From Eledone cirrhosa (lineage: Eukaryota), in assembly GCA_964016885.1 (NCBI GenBank), contig OZ024740.1:139376001-139440000 (forward strand): a stretch of DNA of 64,000 nucleotides. Reading direction: 5' to 3'. Position 1 is the first letter of the stretch; each line of letters begins with the position of its first letter. The notes under the pieces are model-generated. The model made no database searches. It was not told where the DNA came from and saw only the letters and a program-made list of their open reading frames with translations. This document shows positions 25,296 to 37,905 of the stretch, in pieces. The position numbers and the translations under genes were made by a program.

Positions 25296-27340
25296 CATTC
25301 ACCTTTGGTGAACATAGCCCTGGTCAGATGGTGTTGATGTCATCAGACAGTGTCCAACGTTCATTAGGTGTTTCGACCGTCAACCGTAATAGCCTCATGC
25401 TGCTGGGTCAGTAATTGTGGCCACATTACTGTCCATCTTCACCTCCTGGCTTCCAGCTTATGTCCTCGTTCCTGCTCCAAAGCCAGCAAGAGTTACTTTC
25501 AGCTGCCTCCTGCATCTTGTGAAATACAACCTTCCCCTCTCTTCCTGTCATTCCAATGGCAGTGAGCATTCTCCATACTGTATGAGCCGGAATTCCCCTG
25601 AAGTCCCCCTCGACTGGAAATAGCCATGCCTGCAACCCATTCTCCCTACACTCTTGCACAAGTTCTTGATATTTGATACAGTCTTCTTCCTGTGGGACAG
25701 TGAGTTCAATCAGGATTATCTTTTTTATTCTTTCAGACATTTGACATCAGGGATGTTTGAATAACCCGAGGGAAACATGACCTACCTCCTAAATCTAACT
25801 TCATACACTATAATTGGGCCATTTATCGTTGCACCATCTATACCGCCCTTGGGCAAGAACTGTTTTACATTACGAGGAAATATGCACCATGGTCCCTCCT
25901 TTTCCACAGAGCCTACACAATTCATCTTCACTCATGCCCCACTTGTGCAAATTTGTTGGGGTTGGAAGCGTTTCATAAACATATCACAATAGGAAGGAGA
26001 TTCGGAAAGGTTCCAATCTCCATAAATCTGCTCAAATAACCTTCCTCTTATGGAGGTTCCATTTAGTCGAGGTCTCTGGGACGCTAGTTCCACAGCCCTT
26101 GTTTTCCGCCCTTCCTCCTGGTATCTCATCTTTCCTCTCATTTTTGTCTGCTTTTCCCAATAGTTGCAAATGAGAAGACCCTCTTTTCCCGTGCATGTTA
26201 TTCCGATGATGTCCGCTTGTGAGACAGAAGCGTCCGATGCCTATTTGCATCTTGATCTTATAGTGACATCTGTATTTCCTGTGAGCCTTTAAACAACATC
26301 GATATTCTGCACTTTGCCACCTTCAATTTCCCTACTACAGATGACAAGGAAGCTAGAGCAGTCATGATCTTATGTAGAGGCCAACTTTTGTGAAGCTTGG
26401 AGGTATTCCCAACCACTATAGGAGGTATTTGTTGATCTTCCTCTCCACTCTCTCCACCTTTGACATAGCAACCTCATACATGGTTAGCAGCCATATGAGT
26501 ATCGGCAACAGGCCATGCTGGTAGAGTCATGCTTTAAGCTTCCCTGGGAGCTCTTATTACTCAATTCTCCTCAGCCATTCCCCTGTTTGCTTTTCTGTAT
26601 TGTTTTTCCTGTCAGAAAGTGAGTCATCATACTACTTCCTAAGCCATTTTGTTGGGTTTCCCTGTGATTCTTACTCAACAGCCGTTATAGGGAGGTACAC
26701 TTCCATGATGAAGAGAATGGGAGTGATTTTGCAGCCAGTTACAATTCCTTTTTCCAGCTCCTGCCACTGAGTTGTAAAATTGGCTGTTTTGAACCGCAGC
26801 TAGAAAACTCCTGAGTAGATGGTGATCATTTATTTGGTGTGGTGAGGGATATGGTAATGATCTAGTGCTGGTTGTATGAGACCATGAGTGATTGATCCAT
26901 ATGTGTTGGTTAAATCCAGTCAGACTCATTGGCTTTCTTGGCGTCACAGATCATCTGTCCGAGGACTCCTGTGTGTTCCAGACATCCAGAAAAGACTGGA
27001 ATCATACCATTCTGGATAGCGGCGTTGATGTACCTATTCTCAGCATTTATGAGGTCATTCTTCTGGCCACTAGTGGTGAGATTGTTCTAAATTGGCTGGT
27101 GGCTGAAGAGCTTTCTTCCTATGTCACAAAGCAGCCCTCTTCTCTCTTCCAACACGATGGATTTGTTCGCTTTCTCCAGACCACCCGGAAGAACCACCAC
27201 AATCTCCGAGGAGCAATTGGCCTTTCTTATATACCTTGTAAAGTGTACCATTTGGGCCAGGTGCAGATTCTGTTCTGGTTCATTTTACATCTCTGACTTA
27301 TCTCCAGGCTGGATTTGCCTTCCATTTAAGGTTTAGTTCG
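25292..27340 (-). pseudogene. Degenerate HERO-like (R2-group, RLE) non-LTR retrotransposon
   Basis: The C-terminus IILIELTVPQEE...KYQELVQEC...AWLFPVE...EAAESNSCWLW is typical of HERO RLE domains. Frameshifted RT remnants lie upstream. Confidence 0.8.
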
Positions 27341-27359
27341 TCTGTTTAAAGTTATTTTG

Positions 27360-27630
27360 CTTTGATCATCACAATCTTAGCTAGCAATGCAGCACTCTAG
27401 TGTTGATCTTCTATGGGTTTATCTTGATCCATGTTCAGATTTTGTTTAAACTTGCTTGCCTCTTTGGTTATTGAGTATAGTCTTTTATTCCGTTCATGTT
27501 TGAGTACAAGTTTAAGAAGTTCATCTTGGATGTGGTGAAGGTAGCTATCCAATCCAATGGCTGTTGCTTTGTATGCAACTTCCAGCTATAGGAGTCCTTG
27601 TCCGCCTTCACTCCTTGTCCGCCTTCACTT
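27360..27630 (-). pseudogene. R4/Dong-like LINE fragment
   Basis: The minus strand reads RSEGGQGLL*LEVAYKATAIGLDSYL...KLVLKHE..KRLYSITKEA, homologous to the 50699-51577 ORF. Confidence 0.7.
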
Positions 27631-27632
27631 CC

Positions 27633-28231
27633 TATCAAAGTATGTATTGAGTGAGAAACTCAAAATATTTTGAGTTTCTAACTCAATATACACCTTTGAT
27701 ATATTCGGCTCTTTGACTTTGTAGAGCTAATTTAAATGTCGAGTAGACCTGGCTGCTATTTTTAGTAGCATGCGTTTATGAGACACGTTAGGTTCTGATG
27801 CCATGTGCGTTATTTTATATAGCCAGACTATTCAGTCTTCTGAGATACTTAGAAGTGAAGGGTTTACTAATTTTTATACCCACTGATGAACAAAAGAATC
27901 GGTAATTCCCTTCACTAAAATTGCAAAACAGTATTACCAAAAGCTGTCTAGGTGTCTGGCAGTTGTCCCAATATCGGTTTGTATTTCTTTTAAATTGAGT
28001 CTGGCAAACCCTATTGTTCATAGTTAGTATTTTTTTCACCCTAGCGAATCTGGTCCCTTACGATTTGAACATGATTGAATATAAAAGAGAGATAAAGACA
28101 GATATATACATATATCTGTCTTTATCTCTCTTTTATATTCAATTATAATATACGGCCCGCAAAAATCTCTTTCCTTGGGCTATTTAATTGTAAGAGACTA
28201 TTTTGAGTTTCTAACTCAATATATACCTTTG

Positions 28232-28235
<4 letters not shown>
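27633..28235. repeat. Unit with a 5' hairpin, a terminal direct repeat and an internal perfect hairpin
   Basis: Palindrome 27633-27702, whose right arm recurs at 28199-28234. A second hairpin spans 28074-28143. Confidence 0.65.
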
Positions 28236-28288
<53 letters not shown>

Positions 28289-28294
<6 letters not shown>

Positions 28295-28643
28295 TAAAAG
28301 GAAAAGAAAATGCTGACAAATTGTTCCCAGTGAAAAATAGTTTAATTAGGAATAAGTAAAAATTAGTAATAAGTATTGGTTAGTATTCAGTTTTAGTTTT
28401 AAGTTTTTATCGGTTGCGCATTTCTAATGCTTTTCAAAAATAATTTTGAGATAAAGCGCCCGTGATGTTTGCTCTAGAGCAAACATCACCGTTAAAAACT
28501 TAAAACTAAAACTGAATACTAACCAATACTTATTACTAATTTTTACTTATTCCTAATTAAACTATTTTTCACTGGGAACAATTTGTCAGCATTTTCTTTT
28601 CCTTTTACCAATATATCACAACTCGTGTGTTACACCTCTATTC

Positions 28644-28650
<7 letters not shown>
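28289..28650 (+). mobile_element. Fold-back mini-element family H
   Basis: ~120 bp arms (28289-28409 and 28494-28614) with an inner palindrome gtgatgtttgctctagagcaaacatcac, and (TA)n on both sides. Confidence 0.85.
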
Positions 28651-28710
<60 letters not shown>

Positions 28711-29169
28711 TTCACCGCCCTAAGATAAATTACATATAATTATAGTGCTGAAATTCGAAAAAGGATAGAAGCAAAAAAAAATAATGAAAATGTTAAATAA
28801 CTGCGTACCTCTGCCTAATTAATCTTAACCTCATGCTGTCAATGACCTTGAAAACAAACGGAATTTGAAATGATGTGACTTTAGGCTAATTACCATTGAG
28901 AATGCGGATGAACTGTCTTGTAGCTAGGAAATGATAGTGGGGTGATATCTTGAACAAGGCATTTAACTTATTTTCGTTTCGTTCATCTATTCGTCTAGTT
29001 GACGATTGATTCGCTGCCCGCTTTTGCTGAACCAAGTTCTGTCCATGTGAAAACTTACCTGCAATAATTTAGCATTTCTAATCTAGAGCAACAACAAAAA
29101 AAGAAAAAAATTGGTTGACACTCACTAACATTGTGGCTGGTCATGGTAGAGGAAAATGACACTAATAGC

Positions 29170-29375
29170 GATTTCTAATTTAGGCACAAAGGCAGTATTT
29201 TGGAAGTGGAGTTGATTACATCGATCTCAATACTTCACTGGCGCCTTACTTCAACGTATCTAGAAGGATGAAAGAAAGTTGACATCGGCCTGTTTTGAAC
29301 ACAGACCATAAAGGACCAGAACAAGTGCTATGATATAATTTGTCTGACGCCTTAACAGTTCGGTAAATCAACCGT
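29170..29375 (-). mobile_element. Old SINE copy
   Basis: Diverged match to the main SINE tail and core. Confidence 0.55.
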
Positions 29376-29929
29376 ACTAAATGTCAGGATCAATATTATC
29401 AATAATACTTTATATCATAGTCACAAGATCCGGGATTTGTCGGGAGGAACCTTTTGACAGTAAGTTGTGGTTTTAAATAGATTTGTCTACGAACCTTAAC
29501 TGGTTGAGTTACGGCCACCGACTCTATTTACTAAATTAATGTAAATTTATACTCACATCAGCATTGGATTAAATGATTTGTATTATTTGTTCATAGCTCT
29601 TTGTTATAAATTCAGATTTTGTTTTTCATTCATTCGGGAGTTTAGGACAGATGGATTAGCAGAATGATTAGATGAGATGCTTTGCGGTATCTGTTTTGGC
29701 TCTTTGCTATTTGAATTCAAATTCCACATCCTGTGCGACTGTGAAAATTGTAACTTACATAGTTTACTCTATCACTTACACACTGAAAAGGCAGTGTGAA
29801 AATGATATGCTGCTATGAGAGACGCTGCGGATTGAAAAGTCTATGGTAAAAAAACAATGATCCTTATCTGAACAATAATATTTCTAGCTGTAATAAGAAT
29901 ATAGTGCTGTTACAAGATACTAGAGAAAT

Positions 29930-30435
29930 CTTGGCTATATATAAACGGTCTCAAGGCTCGCAGATTATGTAATGAAGAGAAATGGTTGATTTTGAATAAT
30001 CTCCACAATAATAACAAATCTCTTAACACGCGTAATGAGTTCTTCTCGAAATGTTCTCGTGTTTCTAAGTACCATTTGAAGAAATGGTGGCCTCCTTAAT
30101 ATTGATTTATATCTTTCTTAACCTACCTTTTTTTTCTAGCCCTCTCATAATTATTAGTTATGTTAGCGTTTGTTCACTTGTTTTACATCAGATTGTCTCC
30201 CTAGACCATCCGATTAATCTGCATTTGGTTTCACTTTTCTCTCTTTCCTTCCCATCTGTTTGAGTAATCACTTTCTGGTTCATTTTCATCGGCGCAAGTT
30301 GAACAAGCTGGTTCCCAGGACCAACGAAACGTACGTATCTGGCGCCGTTGTAGTAACTGGCTTTAATAATTGCATTCAAGCTCGTCCGACGGACTTGAGT
30401 TGCTCTATACCTTGGATTTATTACCAACTTATTAA
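29930..30435 (+). pseudogene. Naiad-type PLE C-terminus and 3' UTR
   Basis: YINGLKARRLCNEEKWLILNN...LNTRNEFFSKCSRVSKYHLKKWWPP* matches the ends of the other PLEs. The UTR has GAAACgtacGTA and ends in (TA)n. Confidence 0.7.
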
Positions 30436-30441
30436 TACAAT

Positions 30442-30507
<66 letters not shown>

Positions 30508-30553
30508 AATACTGTTGGCTTCTTGCTACAATACTTTCTATACCTTTCATTTA

Positions 30554-30651
<98 letters not shown>

Positions 30652-31502
30652 GTATGCGTATTTAAAACGTTACAAATTTCAACACTGTTTCACGTTACCG
30701 GTTCTTAAGTAATTTTAGAAATGAGACCAAATAGTTTATATATACCTTTGTTTGTGTTTGTGTATGCAATGGTGTAATCCCACTCCACTGGAGCTAATTT
30801 TCCATTTAATTATAACTCATAAAGCGAGGAGCAGCATTGGGTAAAATTGTTCTTAACAAAATGTTTTATAACAAACACAGTGAAGATGAACGAATGAAAT
30901 GAACAAAAATATATACATAAATATATTTTAAAAAACGAACAAAACGTAGATTGTTTAGGCACAAATGGAAAGATTAGTCAACCGATCAGACATTGTGTAT
31001 AGCGATTATATCCGTCACGGTTACGGTTCAGTTATTTCTAGCATACTGTGAACGAAAGATTTATAATTACTGCTATTATTATTATTAAGCAAACCAAAAA
31101 TACAATAAACAAAAAGAAAAGTAAAACGTAAAAATAATAATTTATAGAAAGGAGGAGAAAGTAGAAGAGAAATAACAGGCAGGACTGTGGAGATAAGGAG
31201 TTCACCACGTAGTTATGGGTTCAGTCCCGTAGCGTAACAACTTGGACAAATGTCTTCTACTATATATTCGGGATGACCAACACCTTGTGATATCCGGAAG
31301 CGACAGAAACCCTCGTTTGTGTGTCTGTGTTCGAGTATTTATCCATTCCTATGTTCACGTTCGTACCTATATGTCTGTTTTTATGTGCCGTAAGTTAACA
31401 GTTCGATATATAAGAAAAGAGATCGATAAAATAAGTACAAGACAATCAAATGATTAACTAAATCCCTTCATGACCGCAGTCGAATGACTGAAGCCAGTAA
31501 AA

Positions 31503-31685
31503 TAATTGTTTTTACGTTAGGCACAAGGCCAGCAATTACCCAGTGTATTACTGGTACTTTATTTTATCGACCCCGTAAGGATGAAAGGCAAAGTTAACCT
31601 CGGCGGGATTTGAACTCAGAATGGCAAGGGCCGTAACTCTATGCGTCAAAGCATGGCGTCCGACCCTCTACCAATACTGCCAATA
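31503..31685 (-). mobile_element. tRNA-type SINE (main family)
   Basis: Nearly identical to 22713-22898. Confidence 0.85.
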
Positions 31686-32275
31686 AGGAAAGAAGCCGAC
31701 CGTCAAATCAGACACAGGAACCAATGTTTCTATTGCTGATACTATCTTTGTGTCGAAACATCTGCCAGAAGAAGCACCGTAAAACAGCAGTTTGCTCAAG
31801 AATAGAACGCGCCACCCAGTCCAGGAATAGAACACACGACTTTATGATCGTGACTGCACCACCCTAACCACGAGGCCACGCACCCTCACAAAAAAAAAAC
31901 AACAAAAAAAACGCAATAATTTTATGTCTGTAGCTATTTTAGTTTAATTTCTGAAATTTCATGTAAGATTTTCTTTTCCGTTAAATCCTGTGCTTCGTCT
32001 TATATAGTTTTGTAATTAAAATGAAATGAGATATATCCAGCTGTTATCACTATTTAGAAGTAGAAACAACAGTATGTAATGGAAAAGACACTGTTGAAAA
32101 TGCGTGTAATGTGTGTGTAAGGATGTGTATATATACAGTATATATATATATGTATATATATATATATAGATTGATAGATAGATATAGATAGATGTATCTG
32201 TGTGTGCATACACACACATACACACACACACAACACACACGCACACACACACACATATATATATATATATACATA

Positions 32276-32309
<34 letters not shown>

Positions 32310-32726
32310 TTTGTATATATATATATATATATATGTGTCTGTGTGTTTGTGTGTGTGTATGTGCGCGTGTGTGCGCGTGTGTGTGTGCGGGTGTGTGCGT
32401 GGGTACGGATGTGTCAGAAAGTTTTCATAACTGAAAAAGTCGTTAAGGGACATCGTTCTTGGATTAAGTCATTTTGCTGTAGGTTTGTCCTTATTCTTCT
32501 GTTTAACCCCAGGTTAGCTTTGATCAAAAAGACACATGATCAAAGACATTCCAGTCCTGACCATCTCATATTTCGTTTTATTTTTACCAGACAGTGTATT
32601 TAGGACTATATGATTGAATGTTCTTCATTTTTTAATACTAGAGACGTAATACACCACGATAGTTAATATGTTTAATGCACTGCACCATAGCGGCTCATGT
32701 AGATAGATAGATAGATAGATAGATAG

Positions 32727-33100
32727 ATTTCTTTATTTACCATAAAGGCATAAAAAGAAGGGACAAATACAAAGGGGGAGTTTACATATAATCGAGTAAA
32801 AAGGGTGTAACATGAAAACAATCGAAAATAACCTCAAAAGGGAGGGGACGTGATGGGGGTTGCACACACCCCCGAAAAAGTGTGCAATCCTTTGCCCGGG
32901 GAGCACACGGAGAAGGTGCTCCCCTCTCCTTTACTTCTTTACCTACAGGATGGTATACAGAGAAGGCCCATTTACACGAGCCATTCTCGCCACTATCACC
33001 CACCTTTCATAAAACTGCCTGTGGCCAAGCACCTCTCTCTCCATTCTTATCCTAGAACTCTATCTAGGTACGTTCTAGATGTTCCGCTGCGATTAGTTCA
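32727..33100 (-). mobile_element. Tx1-like LINE 3' fragment fused to a short endonuclease-region piece
   Basis: 32727-33052 is nearly identical to 40457-40782, and 33053-33098 matches 37257-37303. GATA-flanked. Confidence 0.85.
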
Positions 33101-33150
33101 TACATAGATACATAGATACATAGATACATAGATAGATAGATAGATAGATA

Positions 33151-34165
33151 TGTTTCTTTTATTTGCCACTAGGGCATCAAAAGTGGGACAAGTACAAAGG
33201 GGGGAGTTTACACAAAAAGGCGTCCTCAATAAGGAGGAGGCAATAACAAAATATAAAAATAAAATAAGATATAACAAAAAATAAAATTTTTAACAAAATC
33301 CTCAATAGAGAGGAGGCGCCTTGGGGGGTCGCACACACCCCCGAAAAAAGTGTGCAACCCTTTTCCTCAGGAGCACAGAGAGGGGGTGCTCCCTCGTTCC
33401 TTCCTCTTCTCCACCTACAGGCTTATGTAAAGAGAAGGCCCAATCACACGGGCCATTCTCGCCACTTTCACCCACCTTTCATAAAAACGACTGGGGTGCA
33501 GCACCTCTCTCTCCATCCTGATCCTTCTTCCGAAATAATATCGGAAGAAACGGACCAGTTGTTGGCCAGAGAGGAAGGTGCCTGACCTCAGTCCTTTCAG
33601 ACGCGTCCACCATACAACCTCTTTCGCCATGGCTATTACGCACAGAAACACCGCCTCTGCTTCATCTTTGAAGTGGGGAGGCGGCTTGATCATTACAATA
33701 GACTCGGTGGTCAACCGGATCGGTCCCACCCTTGACAGCAGTTGTTCGACATAGCCCCACAGATCGGCTACGCCCGAGCAGTGTACCAATGCGTGTGCAA
33801 CGGTTTCCTCGTCGCACACGCATCTGGGACAGATCTTTTTGGTGGGGTCCCTACCCGGGCGCCCGTGTCTGTAGAGCCTTTCTCGAACGGGTAAAGCCCC
33901 TCGGTAGCACTGCCAGGCCAGGGACTTCTGGAAGTTGTCCATAGGTCCCGGGCTGAATGTCCTACCGAACAGGCTGGCCAGTTCGTCCTCCTCCATGTCT
34001 AGGGCTTCTCCGAGGGCGTCGTCGCACCTGCTGCGTACCAGCCCTCTATAGAATGTTGCGGTGGAGTCTCCACTGATAACCGGATCCGCCTGCCAGAGGG
34101 CGGTGAGCGCCTGGGCACACTCAGTGTGCCAGGCGCCCAGTTTTCTCGGTCTTTGCTTGACCCAG
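33151..34165 (-). mobile_element. 5'-truncated Tx1-like LINE (ORF2 C-terminal zinc-finger region plus 3' UTR)
   Basis: CPRC...ETVAHALVHC motif; paralogous to 34201-35190; bounded by (GATA)n. Confidence 0.9.
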
Positions 34166-34441
34166 ACAGACAGATAGATAGATAGATAGATAGATAGATA
34201 TATTTCTTTATTAGCCACAGGGGCACAAAAGAAGGGGACAAATACAAAGGGGGAAGTTTACATACAATAAAAACGTGTAAAATGTTATCACAAATGGAAT
34301 TTAAAAAGTTAGTCGATTTTCCCCAATAGAGGGAGACAGTTTATATGGGTAACACATACCCCCGAAAAAAAATGTGCAACCCTCATCTCCAGGAGTACGA
34401 AGAGCTTGTACTCCTTTCCTCTCCTCCTCCTTTTCCTCAAC

Positions 34442-37400
34442 CTACAGGCTGATATAGAGAGAAGGCCCATTCACTCGGGCCATTCTCGCCACTTTCATCC
34501 ACCTTTCATAAAACTTGCTGGGGTACACCACCTCTCTCTCCATCCTGATTCTTCTTCCAAAGTGGTATTTGAAAAAAAGAATCAGTTGTTGGCCGGAGAG
34601 AAAGGTGTCTGACCTCAGCCCTTTCAACCTTGTCCACCATACAACCACTTTCGCCATAGCTATCACACAAAGGAAAACCGCCTCTCCTTCGTTTTTGAAG
34701 GAGGGTGGCGGTTTGATCATGACAATGGACTCGGTGGTCAACTGGATTGGTCCCACCCGCGGCAATAGTCGTTCTACATAGCCCCACAGGTCAGTGACGC
34801 CCGGGCAGTGTATGAATGCGTGCGTGACGGTTTCTTCGTCTCGCACGCACCTCGGACAGATCTTTTTTGCAGGGTCCCTGCCCGGGCGCCCATGTCTGTA
34901 GAGCTTGTCTCGAACTGGTAGAGCTCCTCGGTAGCACTGCCAGGCCAGGGACTTTTGGAAGTTGTCCATCGGTCCCGGGCGGAAGGTTCTACCGAACAGA
35001 CTAACCAGTTCGTCTTCCTCTACGCCCAGAGTTTCTCCGAGCGCGTCGTCGCACTTGCTGCGGACCAACCCTCTATAGAATGACGAAGTGGAGTCTCCAC
35101 TGATCGCCGGGTCCGCCTGTCAGAGGGCTGTGAGCGCCTGAGCACATTCGATGTGCCAGTCGCCCATTTTCCTCGGTCTTTGCTTGACCCAGGACTGCAG
35201 CTCGGTCAGCGAGACGAGTCGTGGGAAGGCTCACCTCACGAACGGGGCCCACACCGGTTGTCCGGTGAGGAATACGTAGAGATGCCGCAGCCTGAGCGCG
35301 TGTTTGCGCATCGTCAACCACGGCATCCCCAGCCCTCCGTTAGAAGGGTGTTGGCAGCAGATGGATCTTCTCACCAAAGGAGCCCGCCTCTTCCAAAGGA
35401 ATCGGAAGAGCGCGCGCTCCATTTTGGCGAGCGTTTTGGCTGGACAAGGCACGACGGTCAAGCGGTAGTAGATGGCGGACGCTATAAAAGTGTTCGCCAC
35501 CTCCGCTCGACCTTTCAAGGATAGTTTGCACTCGGCCCACTTCTGGGTGAGTGCAAACACCTTGGCCGTCACTTCGTTCCAGTTCTTCTCCACCTGGAGG
35601 TCCGGACCAAACCAGACCCCGAGCAGCTTTACCGGTCCTTCCGTCCAGCGTCCGACGACGCCATCGGAAGGCATCGGTCTGCCTCTCCACGATCCGATTT
35701 GCAAACCGATGGACTTGTCCCGGTTCAGCTTCGCTCCTGTGAGACTTTCGTATTCCTTTAGTAAGGTGCCGACTTCCTCGATTTGCGAGGCGCTCGACAC
35801 CATTACTGTCACGTCGTCGGCGTAGGCCGACGCCGCTTTCCGCAGTCCCGGTTCCAGAGGGATGCCCTGTAATAGCTCCAGCTTCCGCAGTAGTGGCTCG
35901 AGAGTCAGTACGTACAGAAGGGAGGAGAGAGGGCATCCCTGTCGAATGGATCGCGTAATATGGAACGGCTCCGAGAGGTAACCGTTCACCTTGAACCTTG
36001 AGCAGATGTTGCTGTTGTGCATTGCAGCAATCCAGCCCCTGAACACGGGTCCGAAGCCTGCCGCCTCGAGCACCGCATCCAGGTAACGATGGTCAACCCT
36101 ATCGAAAGCCTTAGACTGATCCAAGTTGATCATGGCCCCCACCGAAGCCGGGTTTACACCCTACCCTCTCTATGATGTATCGCATGAGGTGGAGGTTGTC
36201 GTGTATGGACCTGGTCGGGATTGCGCATGTCTGCGCTTCTCCCACCAGGTTCTCGACGACAAGCGCCAGCCTCTTTGCCAACACCTTGGCCAAAATCTGT
36301 AACTCTGTGTTTAGCAGAGTTATGGGCAGAAAGTTGCCTATGTCATCCCCCTTATTCTCGTCCTTCCTGATTAGTGTGACCACGCCCCCGGTTACAGAAC
36401 TGGGAATTCTCCCGTTCTGTTGCCAGTTGCAGTAGACCGCTTCCAGGAGACCGGAGAATAAGTCCGGCATTGCTACGTAAAATTCGTAGGGTAGACCGTC
36501 GAGACCTGGAGATTTGCGTTTGCCGCATTGGCTCAGCGCGTCCCCTATCTCAGTGGCTGAAATCGGCTTTTCGCAGAACTTTTCCTCGCTGTCCGAGAGT
36601 CGCGGTAGGCCGTCGAGGTATGGACCGAAATCCATAGCCTCTCTCGGCGCGCCGCTCCCCCCGAACAAAGTGCCGCTGAAAAGCCGCACACATCTGCTTC
36701 GGCTCACTTATCACGCGTCCGTTTTGGTCCTTCAAAGACCGAATCGTGGACTTGTTGCCACTTTTTGCCTCCGTCACTCGGGCCCAGCTAACAGCTTTGG
36801 CTCCCTCGTTTCCCAGAGCACGTATTTTGCTTCTGACAACGCAGCCCTCGTGCTTTGCGTCGAAGAACTGGTCCAAGGCCGTTCTCGTTGCTAGCACGCT
36901 GGCTACGTTGCCACTTCTAATTGCCTCTTCTACTTTATCTACCAGTTCCTTCTCGGTTCTATTTCTATCTAACGCTAATTCTTTACTAAAAACTATCGAG
37001 TCTAATCTAACTGCCCTCTTGAGAGAGTACCACCATCTGTTGTTGACAATGGCCCCTGTCAAGTGCTGTTTAACTAAAGTGCTAATCCGTCTACTGTAGA
37101 CTTTGCTTGTCGGTAACGACAAGTTCAGCTTCCAGTAGCCGGGTCCTTGTCTATGGGTTCTATCAAGGTTGGCCATGCAGGTCACTAGTTTGTGATCTGA
37201 ATAGGCAACCATGAACATTTGTGGACAGCTTAACATGTCCCTATCCTTATTTCTAACTAGAACCCTATCTAGGTACGATCTAGATGTTCCGCTACGATTA
37301 CTCCACGTCCACAGTGGCGCAGTCGGAAAATCTAGTCGATATCTATCGGCCAGGTCAAATCGGTCGATTAACTGTTTGAGGCTGTTACACCCCCCTTTAT

Positions 37401-37872
37401 CGGGACATGCTCCCACATAGTCCCAACGTGCATCTAGGATTCCATTCCAGTCCCCCACTAAAAGCAAGGAGCGGGACGTTCCCAGAAAAGTCTCTAGACG
37501 TTTGAAGAAGTCTGGCCGCGGTGTCCCGGATGGGGCATATGCGGCCACCAGCCTGAACGCTCCACCTTCACTACCGTCAACGTCTAGGACCACCAGTCGA
37601 CCCTCCGGGTCCAGATGTACCGTCTGTGTTACGAGGCCCAGGTGTTTCCGCAGCAAAACGGCAACTCCGCCCCCACCCCCCGGTTGACAGAGAGATGCGT
37701 AGATCTCAAAGTCATCGAAGATGGGGGCCAGCTGTTGCTCGCCGTGTATCCTGGACTCGCAAATGGCTACCACATCCAAACTGTGCGACCTGAGGTCGTT
37801 TAAGAGTTTGCCCTGTTTCCAGGGCATCCCCAGGCCGCGTACGTTCACACATCCAACTCTTATATTGGCCAT
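34442..37872 (-). pseudogene. LINE ORF2: APE endonuclease, reverse transcriptase and C-terminal CCHC, disrupted by frameshifts/stop
   Basis: VNVRGL, ICES, VGDWN, SYLDRVL and YSDHK (APE); KSPGLDGL, PITLLNTE, LDQSKAFDRV, RQGCPLS and AYADD (RT); CPRC...HAFIHC. Confidence 0.93.
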
Positions 37873-37905
37873 GTTGGTGCTGAAAAGTTAAAAGAGGAAA
37901 AGAGA

